Below, in pieces: positions 37,123 through 47,398 of a stretch of DNA of 64,000 nt. Each line of letters starts with the position of its first letter. The stretch's first letter is position 1. Origin of the DNA: an uncultured Porphyromonadaceae bacterium (GTDB lineage: Bacteria; Bacteroidota; Bacteroidia; Bacteroidales; Muribaculaceae); contig CAMWTJ010000004.1 in NCBI GenBank assembly GCA_947177185.1, positions 32,175-96,174 of the forward strand. Reading direction: 5' to 3'. The position numbers were made by a program, and so were the translations under genes. The notes under the pieces are model-generated. The model was given only the letters and a program-made list of their open reading frames with translations. It was not told the origin of the DNA and ran no database searches.

Positions 37123-38610
37123 CTAAATGTTATGGTGGCGTTCGTGTCCTTCAACATAAATGGCGCTGAACGGTCGCGCCGGGCACAGATTCTCACAGGC
37201 TCCGCATCCTATGCAGCGGGCGTCGTTGACAACGGGTATTTTCACTGACTTTTCGTCGGCGGGGTCAGACGCTACCATCTGTATCGCTCCCGCCGGGCAG
37301 TGGCGCGCGCAGTTGCCGCACTCTACGCCGTCGGTGAGCGGCACGCAGTTGGCGCGCACCCACACGGCATGTCCCACCTGCACGGCTGTCTTCTCTTCGC
37401 GTGTCACGGGCTGTATGGCACCCGTGGGGCACACTTGCGAGCAGCGCGTACACTCCGGGCGGCAGTAGCCGCGCTCGTACGATGCCTCGGGCTGCATGAG
37501 CCGTGCGGGGTCAGCGGCCGGGCGCAGCACTCCGTTCGGACAGGCGGCCACACACAGCTGGCACGCTGTGCAGTGGGCGGAGAGGTGGCGCCATCCGTGC
37601 GCTCCGGCGGGCACTATCGGGGTGTTGCGGTGCGGTATCTTCTTGTCGGCAAGCACGGCAAGGCCGCCGTCGACTGTTTTCTCCTGCGCGCGCAACGCGG
37701 CCGCAGCGCCCACTACGGCGCTTGTGACAATGAAGGAGCGGCGCTGTGCGTCTGTGGCCTTGCCCCGGGTGGTGGAGGAAGATGTGGCTGTGGCACGCCG
37801 CCGTGCATAGCTTATGGCACCGTGGCGGCAGGTGTCGATGCAGTTCATGCACGTCACGCAGCGTGTGTAGTCTATGGTGTGCGTCTTGCTGTCGATGCAT
37901 GCGGCTTTGCAATTGCGCGCGCACAATCCGCACGCATTGCAGCGCGTTGTGTCAATCACCGGCTTCAGCCATGAGAACCGTGCCACATATCCCAGCACGG
38001 TGCCCACAGGGCACACGGTGTTGCAATACGTGCGGCCGTTGCGCCAGGCCAGTACGGCGAGCACGGCGAGTGTGGCGGCGGCCACGGCGAGCGTGATGCC
38101 GCTGCGCATCCACACGTCCACGCTGTAGAACGCATAGCTGTCGGCACGCTCAGCCATGGCGGCGAGCAGGTTGTTGCCCAGGGCCCACAACGGCGCCAGC
38201 AGCGACTGCGCTATGCGGCCGTAGGCGCTGTAAGGTGCCAGCAGGGCCACTACAGCGCCTATGCCGAGCAAAATCGAAATGGCCATGACGGCCAGCATGG
38301 TGAGGCGCAGCCACGTGAGCGCGCGCGAATAGCTGTAGCGGTATTTGCGTCGCGTGCGTCCGAGCCGGGCGAATATGTCCTGCATGATGCCGAGAGGGCA
38401 TATCACGGAGCAATACACGCGTCCGAAAATCAGAGTGACTGCTATCAGCGCCACCACTACGCCGGCGTTAAGCGCCAGCAATGCGGGCAGAAACTGTATT
38501 TTGGCCATCCAGCCGAACCAGCGGTGGGCTGTGCCTGAAAAATCGAGAAACAGAAGGGTTACAAGCGTGATACTTATGACGGCAAGTGTCACACGGAGTT
38601 TTCTTAACAT
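37123..38610 (-). CDS. Membrane polyferredoxin (multiple 4Fe-4S motifs)
   Basis: GRVYCSVICP, RTYCNTVCP and five or more CxxCxxCxxxC(P) motifs. Confidence 0.85.
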   Translation of the reverse strand: MLRKLRVTLAVISITLVTLLFLDFSGTAHRWFGWMAKIQFLPALLALNAGVVVALIAVTLIFGRVYCSVICPLGIMQDIFARLGRTRRKYRYSYSRALTWLRLTMLAVMAISILLGIGAVVALLAPYSAYGRIAQSLLAPLWALGNNLLAAMAERADSYAFYSVDVWMRSGITLAVAAATLAVLAVLAWRNGRTYCNTVCPVGTVLGYVARFSWLKPVIDTTRCNACGLCARNCKAACIDSKTHTIDYTRCVTCMNCIDTCRHGAISYARRRATATSSSTTRGKATDAQRRSFIVTSAVVGAAAALRAQEKTVDGGLAVLADKKIPHRNTPIVPAGAHGWRHLSAHCTACQLCVAACPNGVLRPAADPARLMQPEASYERGYCRPECTRCSQVCPTGAIQPVTREEKTAVQVGHAVWVRANCVPLTDGVECGNCARHCPAGAIQMVASDPADEKSVKIPVVNDARCIGCGACENLCPARPFSAIYVEGHERHHNI

Positions 38611-38789
38611 TGCAAGTCAGGAGATTATGCGGTTAGTGCTGCAAAAATACGAAAAATATGGCATCGGCATATACCATTATTACTGAAATTATTATCCAAA
38701 TTACGGCTAATAATACTGAAAAAAGGATAATTTTCAGGGCATTTTGGCTTGAAATGCGTTGTTGCATGTGAGTACTAACCAAATTAATT

Positions 38790-39308
38790 ATGATTATGGG
38801 AGCACATCACGATGCATTTATGAACAAATTGCTTGAGATGCAGAGCCGACTTTACAGCTTTGCATACAGCCTCACGAGCAACCGCGACGATGCCAACGAC
38901 TTGCTTCAGGACACCACCTTGAAGGCCATGGACAGCGAGGAAAAATACCGCGACAATGTGAATTTCAAAGGATGGGTGTTCACCATAATGCGCAATCTCT
39001 TTATAAATAATTATCGGCGCGTGGCGCGCTCCGGCACCACCACCGACGGCTCCGACGGAGAGTTCTTCCTGAACATGTCGCAGGAGTCCGGGCTCGAAAC
39101 GCCCGAGGGGGCGCTTTCTGTGGCCGATATAAACGCCGCGATAAATTCGTTCAGCGACGACTACAGGGTGCCATTCTCGATGCATCTCGCGGGCTACCGC
39201 TATGCCGAGATTGCAGAGCGCGTGAGCCTGCCGCTCGGCACGGTGAAAAGCCGCATCTTCTTTGCCCGCAGGCGTCTGCAGGGCATGCTGGCCGACTATC
39301 GCAAGTAA
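38790..39308 (+). CDS. ECF-type RNA polymerase sigma factor
   Basis: DLLQDTTLKA, NFKGWVFTIMRN and region-4 YAEIAERVSLPLGTVKSRIFFAR. Confidence 0.9.
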   Translation: MIMGAHHDAFMNKLLEMQSRLYSFAYSLTSNRDDANDLLQDTTLKAMDSEEKYRDNVNFKGWVFTIMRNLFINNYRRVARSGTTTDGSDGEFFLNMSQESGLETPEGALSVADINAAINSFSDDYRVPFSMHLAGYRYAEIAERVSLPLGTVKSRIFFARRRLQGMLADYRK

Positions 39309-39430
39309 AACCGCGTGCGTAGGCATGTGCGATGCGGCGCGCACGCGCCGCATCGATTCTTGCCCACAAGCAAATTTAACGGAACGCGTGCGCGCAGTTC
39401 GCGAAATTTTCGCTAATTTCGCGATGTCTT

Positions 39431-42400
39431 ATGAAGAATCCGCTGCGTGTGCTTCGAGCCTTTGTCGTGACGGTGTCGGCGCTTCTTGTGTCGACGCCTG
39501 TCGCATTATATATTCTGCTGGCCACGCCGTGGGCGCAGGAACGCCTCTGCGGGGCGGCGCGTGCGGAGTTGACGGCGCTGCTCGGAGTGCCTGTAAGCGT
39601 GGGCGAGGTGCGCGTGCATCCTTTCAACCGTGTGGACGTGCACGATGTGAGTGTGAGCGCGGCCGGCAGCGAGTGCCTGCGTGTGGAGCGACTTGGTGCG
39701 CGTTTTGAACTGTATCACTTTCTGCGCACGGGGCGCATTGTGTTCGACTATGCTTTCGTTGACCGTCCTGTGCTGCGTCTTACGCGTGACAGCGAGGGCG
39801 CGCCGCTCAATATAGCGCCTGTCATTGAGCGCCTTAAGGGCGACGGCTCTGATTCCGGCGCCCGCTTCCGCTTCAAGGTGGCCACACTGTCGGTGCGCGA
39901 CGGCCGCATAAGCTACGATGTGCTCGACGCGCCCGAGGCGGATTCGTCCCGTTTTTCAGCGCAGCATATAGAGTTTTCGGCTGTGCAACTGCATGCCTGC
40001 CTGCGGCTGATAAGCAACGACGCGTTTGATGTGGAGCTCGACCGCCTGTCGTTTGCAGAGCGAAGCGGTCTTGAGTTGCGCGGCATGTCGGCGAGGGTGC
40101 AGGCTGATACGGCAGGCATAAGCCTCGACGACTTGCGTGTGAGCCTGCAAAACACGGCTATAGCTCTCGACGGCTTCTACGACCGCCGCACGCATGCCTG
40201 GTGTGCCGAAACCGATTCGGCTTTTGCCTCGGTGGTGTATCCCCCGGATTTTGCGCCATTGCTGCCTGCGCTTGCCGACGCGGTCACGGGATTCGGCCTG
40301 AAAATCTCGGCATGCGGCGATACATCTTCCGCCCGGCTCACGCAATTTCAGCTTTCGTCGCTTGATAAGTCCATAGTGTTCAGTGCCCACGGCGAGGCCG
40401 CGCACGTGAATTCGCCCGACGAATATATCGACCTGCACTCGCTGCGCCTTACCGGCGATGTGCCGCGCCTGTGCGCCGGCGTCCGGCGTGTATTGCCCTC
40501 CAAGGGAGGTCTTCTCGACCGGCTCGCGCTGCTTGGGCACGCCGATGTGCGTGCGCGTGCGCGCCTCACCGGGCGTTCCGAAGGACGCCTTGACCTGCAG
40601 GCTGCTACGGCTGCCGGCAATCTTGAGATAGACGCATCGGTGTTTACGGCCGACACGTTTGCCACGTCGGCCGTGAAAATGTCGGCGCAGCTCGACGGAT
40701 TCGCTTTGGGTGGATTTATACGCCGGCGCAAGTTCGGGGCTGTGAGCGCATTGCTTGAGGCCGACGGACGTGTGGCGCGCGGTGCATTTATCGGTTCTGC
40801 TTCGCTGGCCGATGCATCAGTGGAGTTCAACGGACGCCGGTGCAGCGGCATATCGGCCTCCGCGCGTTTCGAGCGCGGCCATGCGTCGGGTGTGCTTGAT
40901 GTCGACGACCGTGCCATGCAGGTGGCGGTCAACGCCGATGTGAGCTATGGACGTGCCGGGCGTGCGTTGCGCCTGGAGGGCGACCTGGACTGCCTTGACC
41001 TCAACTGGCTCGGCCTGGCCTCCGACAGCTACGCCGGCTTTCTGCTCAACGCGGCTGTGGAAGCCGATGTGCGCGGGCGTAATGTCGACGACCTTCAGGG
41101 CCGGGTGGCCCTGAGCGGGGTGAATTTCCGCGACGCCGACGGCAGAGGCGTTGAGCTGCGCGCGCTTGAGATTGTGCGCGACCTTGAGGCGCGCACCCCT
41201 GTAGTGGAGCTTAACTCCGACTTTGTGAACGGCAGAATTGAGGGACAGTTCACTCCGTCGCGCCTGTCCGAGGCCTTCGCTGCGATAGCGCACCGCGTGT
41301 TCCCGGCTTTGGCCGGAGAAAATGCCGCGCGGGAGCACAACTGCAGCGATGCTTTCGATTTTGAACTGGCGGTGGCCGATGCCGAGCCTCTTTCCGAGTT
41401 TTTCAAACTGCCGGTGAGCATAATACACCCGATTGAGATAGACGGAGCGCTGGATTGCCGCGCGGGCACTTTCCGTATGGCCCTTGACGCTCCTTATCTG
41501 CAGCAGGGCGACAAAATAATAGACAACACTGCGTTGTTTGCGGCTGCAGATGCGGCTGCAGGGCGCGCCACTGTGTATGCCACAACTCACATGCCCACCA
41601 AAAAGGGGCCGATGGCGGCAGTGCTGAGTGTGGATGCCTTCGACAATATAGCCACCACCGACATTGACTGGACCATCGAGCGAAAAATACCGCTCAACGG
41701 CGCTCTGAGTTTCGACACCGGGCTTGGCCTGGGAGCCGACGGCCGTATAGCCGCCGATGTGGAATTCCGCCCGGGCACGATTAACTTCGGCGATGATGTG
41801 TGGCGCATACTGCCGGCGCATCTGTCGTGGTCCGACGGAGCTGCTGTTGTCGACGATTTCGTGCTTGAGGCCGGAGAGCAGCGGGTGTCGGTCGACGGCT
41901 GCGCTACGGCTTCCGAGGATGCGGTGCTCACAGTCGATATAGAGCGGGTGTCGTTGCTGCCGATATTTGAAACACTTGAGATAAACAATGCGCTGATAAG
42001 CGGCACAGCCACCGGCACGTTCGAGGGACGCGCGCTGCTGGGGCCGGCGCCGGTGCTCACGAGCGAGAGCCTGCATGTGGACAGCATAGGCTACAACCGC
42101 TGTCTGCTCGGCCGCAGCGCCGACGTGCGCGCCAGCTGGGACAACGACAGCAAGGCTGTGGTACTCGACGCGGCCATCGTTGGACTTGACGGGCTGCCGT
42201 CGTCCATAGCCGGCACCATAACGCCTGGAAGCGAGGAACTGGACCTTGATTTCGACGTGCAGCATGTGCCCGTGGGCTTCATGCAGCCGTTTATGAAGGC
42301 TTTCGCATCTTCGGTGGACGGCTATGCCTCGGGCCATGCCCGTCTGTTCGGAACGTTCAAATACATCGACCTCGAGGGTGATGTGTTCGCCGATTCGCTG

Positions 42401-43927
42401 GCTCTGAAAATTGATTTTACGGGCACGGAATATTTCTGTACCGACAGTCTGCATATCCGCCCCGGAGTCATAGATGTGCGCGGAGCGGTGATACGCGATA
42501 TCAATGGACACACAGCCGGTCTTGACGGCACGGTGCGCCATAATTTCTTCATGGAGCCGTCGTTTGATTTCCGGGTCAAAGACGCCCGCGATTTTCTTTG
42601 CTACGACGTTTCGTCGAAGCAGAGCCCCGACTGGTACGGCACCATTTACGGCAACGGAGGCGCCCATATCTACGGCGAGCCCGGAGTGGTGAATATAGAT
42701 GTGAACATGGCCACCGCCGCAGGCTCTACCTTTACGTTTGTGCTCAACGACATGCTTGATGCCGACGAATATTCGTTCATGACGTTCCGCGACCGCACGC
42801 CTCAGGAGGTGATTACGGACTCTATTGTGGCCGTTGAGCGCGTGCCGGAGGCCGTGCTGGAATATCAGCAGCGTATGGCCTCGCAGGCTGAAGAAACGAC
42901 GAGCGACTATAACATGGATTTCCGGGTCGACATCACACCGGCGGCACGAATCAATCTTGTGATGGACCCTGTGGGCGGCGATGAGATACGTGCCTACGGA
43001 GCAGGTGCGATGAGGCTCACCTATGGGTCGGCCAACAATGATCTGCGCATGTTCGGCAACTATACGCTCGAGCGCGGAAGCTATAATTTCACGCTTCAGG
43101 ATATTATTATAAAGGATTTTACGATAAACGAGGGCAGTAATATCAGTTTTCACGGCGACCCTTATGCCGCTCAACTCGATATCGAGGCAGTATATGCCGT
43201 GAACGCCAACCTCAGCGACCTTGACGAATCATTTTTGCAAGACCGCGAGCTGAATCGCACGAATGTGCCCGTGCATGCGCTGATGAAGGTGAGAGGCGAC
43301 ATGCGCCAGCCCGATATAAGCTTTGACCTCAGATTTCCGACTCTGAGCTCCGATGTGTACCGCAAGGTGAGATCAATAGTGAGCACCGAGGAAATGATGA
43401 ACCGTCAGATAATATATCTGTTGGCTCTCAACAGGTTCTATACGCCGGATTATATGAGCACTACCAAAGGCAACGAGTTGTTTTCGGTGGCATCGTCCAC
43501 CATCTCGAGCCAGCTCGGCAATATGCTCGGCAAGCTCAGCGAAAACTGGACCATTGCGCCGAACCTGCGCTCGGATCGAGGCGATTTCAGCGACGTGGAG
43601 GTGGATGTTGCCTTGTCGAGCCGCCTGCTCAACAACCGCCTGCTGTTCAACGGCAACTTCGGCTATCGCGACAAGTCGCTAAACAACAATCAGTTCATAG
43701 GCGATTTTGACATCGAATACCTATTGAACCGCCGCGGCACATGGCGCCTGAAGGCCTACAACCGCTACAATGACCAGAATTACTATCTGCGTTCGGCTGC
43801 CACAACGCAAGGCATCGGCATAATGTTCAAGCGCGATTTCGACAGCCTTCTGGACTGGCTGCGTCCTTTCAAGCGTAAGCGTGAAGCAGCAAAGGCCGCG
43901 CAGAGCGCGGCCGAACAGGCGGAGTAG
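39431..43927 (+). CDS. tamB: Translocation/assembly module TamB-family protein
   Basis: N-terminal TM, long beta-rich body, conserved C-terminus LNNRLLFNGNFGYR...TWRLKAYN...GIGIMFKRDF. Confidence 0.85.
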   Translation: MKNPLRVLRAFVVTVSALLVSTPVALYILLATPWAQERLCGAARAELTALLGVPVSVGEVRVHPFNRVDVHDVSVSAAGSECLRVERLGARFELYHFLRTGRIVFDYAFVDRPVLRLTRDSEGAPLNIAPVIERLKGDGSDSGARFRFKVATLSVRDGRISYDVLDAPEADSSRFSAQHIEFSAVQLHACLRLISNDAFDVELDRLSFAERSGLELRGMSARVQADTAGISLDDLRVSLQNTAIALDGFYDRRTHAWCAETDSAFASVVYPPDFAPLLPALADAVTGFGLKISACGDTSSARLTQFQLSSLDKSIVFSAHGEAAHVNSPDEYIDLHSLRLTGDVPRLCAGVRRVLPSKGGLLDRLALLGHADVRARARLTGRSEGRLDLQAATAAGNLEIDASVFTADTFATSAVKMSAQLDGFALGGFIRRRKFGAVSALLEADGRVARGAFIGSASLADASVEFNGRRCSGISASARFERGHASGVLDVDDRAMQVAVNADVSYGRAGRALRLEGDLDCLDLNWLGLASDSYAGFLLNAAVEADVRGRNVDDLQGRVALSGVNFRDADGRGVELRALEIVRDLEARTPVVELNSDFVNGRIEGQFTPSRLSEAFAAIAHRVFPALAGENAAREHNCSDAFDFELAVADAEPLSEFFKLPVSIIHPIEIDGALDCRAGTFRMALDAPYLQQGDKIIDNTALFAAADAAAGRATVYATTHMPTKKGPMAAVLSVDAFDNIATTDIDWTIERKIPLNGALSFDTGLGLGADGRIAADVEFRPGTINFGDDVWRILPAHLSWSDGAAVVDDFVLEAGEQRVSVDGCATASEDAVLTVDIERVSLLPIFETLEINNALISGTATGTFEGRALLGPAPVLTSESLHVDSIGYNRCLLGRSADVRASWDNDSKAVVLDAAIVGLDGLPSSIAGTITPGSEELDLDFDVQHVPVGFMQPFMKAFASSVDGYASGHARLFGTFKYIDLEGDVFADSLALKIDFTGTEYFCTDSLHIRPGVIDVRGAVIRDINGHTAGLDGTVRHNFFMEPSFDFRVKDARDFLCYDVSSKQSPDWYGTIYGNGGAHIYGEPGVVNIDVNMATAAGSTFTFVLNDMLDADEYSFMTFRDRTPQEVITDSIVAVERVPEAVLEYQQRMASQAEETTSDYNMDFRVDITPAARINLVMDPVGGDEIRAYGAGAMRLTYGSANNDLRMFGNYTLERGSYNFTLQDIIIKDFTINEGSNISFHGDPYAAQLDIEAVYAVNANLSDLDESFLQDRELNRTNVPVHALMKVRGDMRQPDISFDLRFPTLSSDVYRKVRSIVSTEEMMNRQIIYLLALNRFYTPDYMSTTKGNELFSVASSTISSQLGNMLGKLSENWTIAPNLRSDRGDFSDVEVDVALSSRLLNNRLLFNGNFGYRDKSLNNNQFIGDFDIEYLLNRRGTWRLKAYNRYNDQNYYLRSAATTQGIGIMFKRDFDSLLDWLRPFKRKREAAKAAQSAAEQAE

Positions 43928-43940
43928 CAAAGGGGGCTTA

Positions 43941-44153
43941 GACCCCGCTCCCCAATATTAGTTAAGGTCTGGGCGGTCAAGCGTTGTGCAGATGTGTTCG
44001 CGCAGTGAGGGAGCAATGCGGTGGCATTGTGACCGAAACAAGCGGGCGCAGATGCACGGCGATTGGCCGAGGCGAAGGTAACTTATGCCGCGGATAAATG
44101 AGAATACATATGTTTTGCGACCCCGGCGTTAACTAATATTGGGGAACGGGGTC
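43941..44153. mobile_element. 213-bp non-autonomous element (REPIN/MITE-like) bounded by inverted REP-like units
   Basis: Left GACCCCGCTCCCCAATATTAGTTAA versus the reverse complement of the right end, GACCCCGTTCCCCAATATTAGTTAA (1 mismatch in 25); TTA on both flanks (43938-43940 and 44154-44156); no ORF. Confidence 0.65.
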
Positions 44154-45041
44154 TTAGAGAACGGCGGATAGTCCGGCCACGAAATCCTCGAAACGGTACC
44201 AGCTGTCGTCGCTGAAAGGATTCTCGTAAGTGGTGGCGGCTGTGTTTTCGAGGGCGTCGAAGGGGTTGAAGCCTCTGAAAATATTCACCACAGCACTTCC
44301 TGAAATACGCTTCGACGCTTCTATGAAATAGAATTTGCCGTCGGGGTTCTCGGCTATCTGCAGATGGAACACTCCGCGGAACAGCGACGCGTCGCAGCGC
44401 GAATTGACTGTGCGGACGAAGCGGCCCACAGCTGCCACAAGCGGATGCGATGCCGGAAGCAGGCGCACAAGTTTGTCGTAGCCGCAGCGCAGTTTCGTTT
44501 CGCGTGCGAAAATGTCGTAACTGCCGTCGCGCTCGACCACATCCACCACATACTCGTGGCGTATGTCAATGAGCTCTGATACGCACACATTGTCTTTGAA
44601 CTCGACGTTTCGCGAGCCGGCCGACAGTGAGTTAGGTTTGACGCACACGGCTTCGAGGTCGAACGTCCGGGGTATAAGAATCGGAGAGTCTGCTCCGGCA
44701 AGTCTTTCGAGAGTGCGGTTGACAGTGGCTTTTTCGTAGAACCACGGCTCCACTGCCGCCATCATGTCGGGCGCTACGGCGTGCTGCACGTCCGAGTCGC
44801 GCTGACGGGTGAGCTCGTCGCCGGGAAAAGCGCGGCATCCGTCGGTTCCGAGCATGGCAGCGGCCGCGTCGGCGTTCATTCGCTCCACGCCTTCCGGGGC
44901 GGGAATCTGCAGGAAGGTGGGGTCGCTGTCGGCCATGACGAGGGTGGCGTCGCTTTCAGGATGCTGTTTTTTCCACGCACGATAGAATATTTCGGCGGAA
45001 AAACCCGCACGGCTGCCGGCCTCGAATACTATATATTTCAT
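44154..45041 (-). CDS. Divergent ATP-grasp-like protein
   Basis: CVKPNSLSAGSRNV, EYVVDV, FHLQIAENPDGKFYFIEASKRISG; ATGA overlap with the upstream deacetylase gene. Confidence 0.55.
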   Translation of the reverse strand: MKYIVFEAGSRAGFSAEIFYRAWKKQHPESDATLVMADSDPTFLQIPAPEGVERMNADAAAAMLGTDGCRAFPGDELTRQRDSDVQHAVAPDMMAAVEPWFYEKATVNRTLERLAGADSPILIPRTFDLEAVCVKPNSLSAGSRNVEFKDNVCVSELIDIRHEYVVDVVERDGSYDIFARETKLRCGYDKLVRLLPASHPLVAAVGRFVRTVNSRCDASLFRGVFHLQIAENPDGKFYFIEASKRISGSAVVNIFRGFNPFDALENTAATTYENPFSDDSWYRFEDFVAGLSAVL

Positions 45042-45694
45042 AAAATCATTTTTTGAACGTAAAATTTTTCTGCATAATCCACGCCGCACTCCACGCCGCG
45101 TATGCGTGCCAGCGCGAGCACGCCGTCGCGGTTGAGGGGCGAGGGGGTGGCGCGTATCTGTGTGGCATACAGCTCAAACAGCGCCACTTTGGCGTCTATG
45201 CAGTCGGAGATGTCGTGGTACATGTATCCGCCGCCTATCGGCCCCACTTGCGTGGTGGCGAAGGGGTATTCATACAGGGCTACAAGCCTGGGCGAATATC
45301 CTTCGCGAAGACGTACCGAGGCCAGGGCGCAGTCGTAGAGTTTGATGTGGTCCTGATGCAGACTGCGGTAGTTGATGAATATTTCTTCCGGCCTGAAAGT
45401 GTCGATTATCGAGTCGAGCCGCGACGTGATGTCGAACGCCGGTATGGTGTCCATGCGCGCGTCCATATTGTGAAACAGCACTTTGCCTTCTGCGTCGAGC
45501 GCGCGGCACACAGCGTCGAATTCGGCCATGCGTGTGTCGTGGTCCTGACGCTTGTCGGTGCCTCCGATAGTGCCTATTACGAGCATTATTTCGGCTCCGA
45601 GTGCTTTTTGGTGCAGCAGGTAGCCGCCGCAGCCCAGCACTTCGTCGTCGGCATGCGGCGCTATCACCAGTATTCGTTTCTTGGATTCGTCCAT
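45038..45694 (-). CDS. PIG-L/LmbE-family N-deacetylase
   Basis: ILVIAPHADDEVLGCGG, HQDH and KVALFELYATQI; start refined to 45694. Confidence 0.88.
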   Translation of the reverse strand: MDESKKRILVIAPHADDEVLGCGGYLLHQKALGAEIMLVIGTIGGTDKRQDHDTRMAEFDAVCRALDAEGKVLFHNMDARMDTIPAFDITSRLDSIIDTFRPEEIFINYRSLHQDHIKLYDCALASVRLREGYSPRLVALYEYPFATTQVGPIGGGYMYHDISDCIDAKVALFELYATQIRATPSPLNRDGVLALARIRGVECGVDYAEKFYVQKMIL

Positions 45695-45720
45695 TTTGTG
45701 AAATAAAGTATAGTCGTGAA

Positions 45721-46458
45721 TCAGCTTTTTATGAACCGCTTGGCATTTATCACCCATCGCGTGGCCCGCGGGCCTATGGCTCTTTGCACACGCTTTTTGA
45801 AGCGGTGCCAGGGCGATTTCCACGAGCCGGCGAAGCGGTGTATGCAGTAAGTGCGTTCGGTGGCGCGCAGCTCAAGGTTTTCTTTGTCTATCGGGCTGAA
45901 ATAGTCGGTGGGCAGCACACTCAGCGTGCCCGGTTCGCGGCCCACATGTTCGGGTGCGTCAACGTCGCGGAGAGCGATGCCCAGGGCGGCGAGTTCTTCG
46001 CCTATCACATCGGGCATGGTGGTAGTGTCGAGCGTGCCGTCGTCGCGCACAAACTGTCTGGAGTCATAGCGCCTGAGCAGGGCTTCGAACAGGGGGTGTC
46101 CGGCTTCGGCGCCCATCACCGCCGCCTCGACACATTCCGACCCGGTTTCGCGACACATGAAGTAGGGCAGCTGCAGCAGCGGGTCGAATGTTTTCAGCAG
46201 CTCGACGTCGCTGTCGAGGTATATGCCGCCTTCGTGGTATAGCGCATATGCTCTTATGTAGTCGGCCGCGAAAGCGAATTTACGGTTGTCGAACGCCGCG
46301 TCCACCCATGCCGATTTGCCTCGCGGAAAGGCGTTGTAGTCCCAAAGTTTTATTTCGTAGTCGGGCAGCAGTCTGTGCCATCCGTCCACGTAGGCCTGCA
46401 GGTTGGCGGGCATGGGGCCGCTGCTCAGCCAGCAGTAATGTATCACTTTCGGTATCAT
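45721..46458 (-). CDS. DxD-type glycosyltransferase (GT32-like)
   Basis: MIPKVIHYCW, FAADYIR, GGIYLDSDVE, FSP and HRFAGSW. Confidence 0.88.
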   Translation of the reverse strand: MIPKVIHYCWLSSGPMPANLQAYVDGWHRLLPDYEIKLWDYNAFPRGKSAWVDAAFDNRKFAFAADYIRAYALYHEGGIYLDSDVELLKTFDPLLQLPYFMCRETGSECVEAAVMGAEAGHPLFEALLRRYDSRQFVRDDGTLDTTTMPDVIGEELAALGIALRDVDAPEHVGREPGTLSVLPTDYFSPIDKENLELRATERTYCIHRFAGSWKSPWHRFKKRVQRAIGPRATRWVINAKRFIKS

Positions 46459-47393
46459 AGACTGTTCTGTTTAAGAAATGTGGCTATGTGGCGTTCTTTT
46501 TTCTCCTCGCGTATCTCGTCTATGGCCATGAAGATGCCGGTTTCCTCCACATCGCCGAATTCGTCGTTGACAGCGGTGCCGAGTATGTGCATTGTGGGCG
46601 ACAGGCTCATGTAGGCGTTGACAAGTGGCGGTATGTTGTCGCCGCGGCGTCTGACCTCGGCCTTCAGTATCTTGTAGTCGGCTTTGAAATCGGGGCCGGT
46701 GAACAGCTTTTCCATCTCTGCCCTGTCGTAGGTGACAGGCAGGGGCGATATCGGGGTTACGAGCTTTTCGGGATCGGGAAAATGCTTGTTGAGAAAATAC
46801 AGTATCATGTCGCGACATTCGGCGGTGTAGTTGGGATACATCGTCATTTTTCCGAACATGTATCGTATTTCAGGATACAGCACTGTCAGTGAGCCGAGGC
46901 CGTCCCACAGATTGTCGAGCACATATATGGCTTTCGAGCCTGCGCGCGTGGTCTGATACTCCAGTCGCACGAAACTGCGTCCGAGCTCAAGCGTGTGCGG
47001 CAGGTATTCACGTATGAACTTGTCGGAGAAGCGGAACATGTGGCTGGTGGCTATTCGGGGAGTGCCGTCGGGCAGGATGTGTATGTCGTTGCCGAAAATG
47101 AATCGGTAGCCGCCGAGTATCTGCCGGCTGTCGGGGTCCCATACCAGCAGTTGCCGGCACGGCGGGTCCATGGTGTCGAAGCTGTCTATGTCGCAGGCTT
47201 TGCCTGTGCCGCCGCCGGCGGTGCGGAAAGCCACTTCGCGCAGGCGGCCGATTTCGCGCATGGTGTTGGGCGCGCAGTGCGCGTCGACCACGTAAAGCAT
47301 GTTGCCGCCATTGTTGGTGTGGCGGAGGAAGCGCTCGGGAGTCAGTTCTTGCTCTATGAGTTCGGTGTCTACGGGCGAAATGATTTTCTCCAT
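46455..47393 (-). CDS. glsB: GNAT N-acyltransferase, glycine-lipid synthase GlsB/OlsB-like
   Basis: MREIGRLREVAFRTAGGGTGK, ILGGYR, TLELGRSFV, LDNLWDGLG and NIPPLVNAY; follows an O-acyltransferase as in Bacteroides glsAB. Confidence 0.75.
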   Translation of the reverse strand: MEKIISPVDTELIEQELTPERFLRHTNNGGNMLYVVDAHCAPNTMREIGRLREVAFRTAGGGTGKACDIDSFDTMDPPCRQLLVWDPDSRQILGGYRFIFGNDIHILPDGTPRIATSHMFRFSDKFIREYLPHTLELGRSFVRLEYQTTRAGSKAIYVLDNLWDGLGSLTVLYPEIRYMFGKMTMYPNYTAECRDMILYFLNKHFPDPEKLVTPISPLPVTYDRAEMEKLFTGPDFKADYKILKAEVRRRGDNIPPLVNAYMSLSPTMHILGTAVNDEFGDVEETGIFMAIDEIREEKKERHIATFLKQNSL

Positions 47394-47398
47394 AGCGG

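Noticed and set aside
17335-44156. CRISPR array or IS element
   Set aside because: The repeats are dispersed or inverted, not regularly spaced, and no cas or transposase gene was seen.
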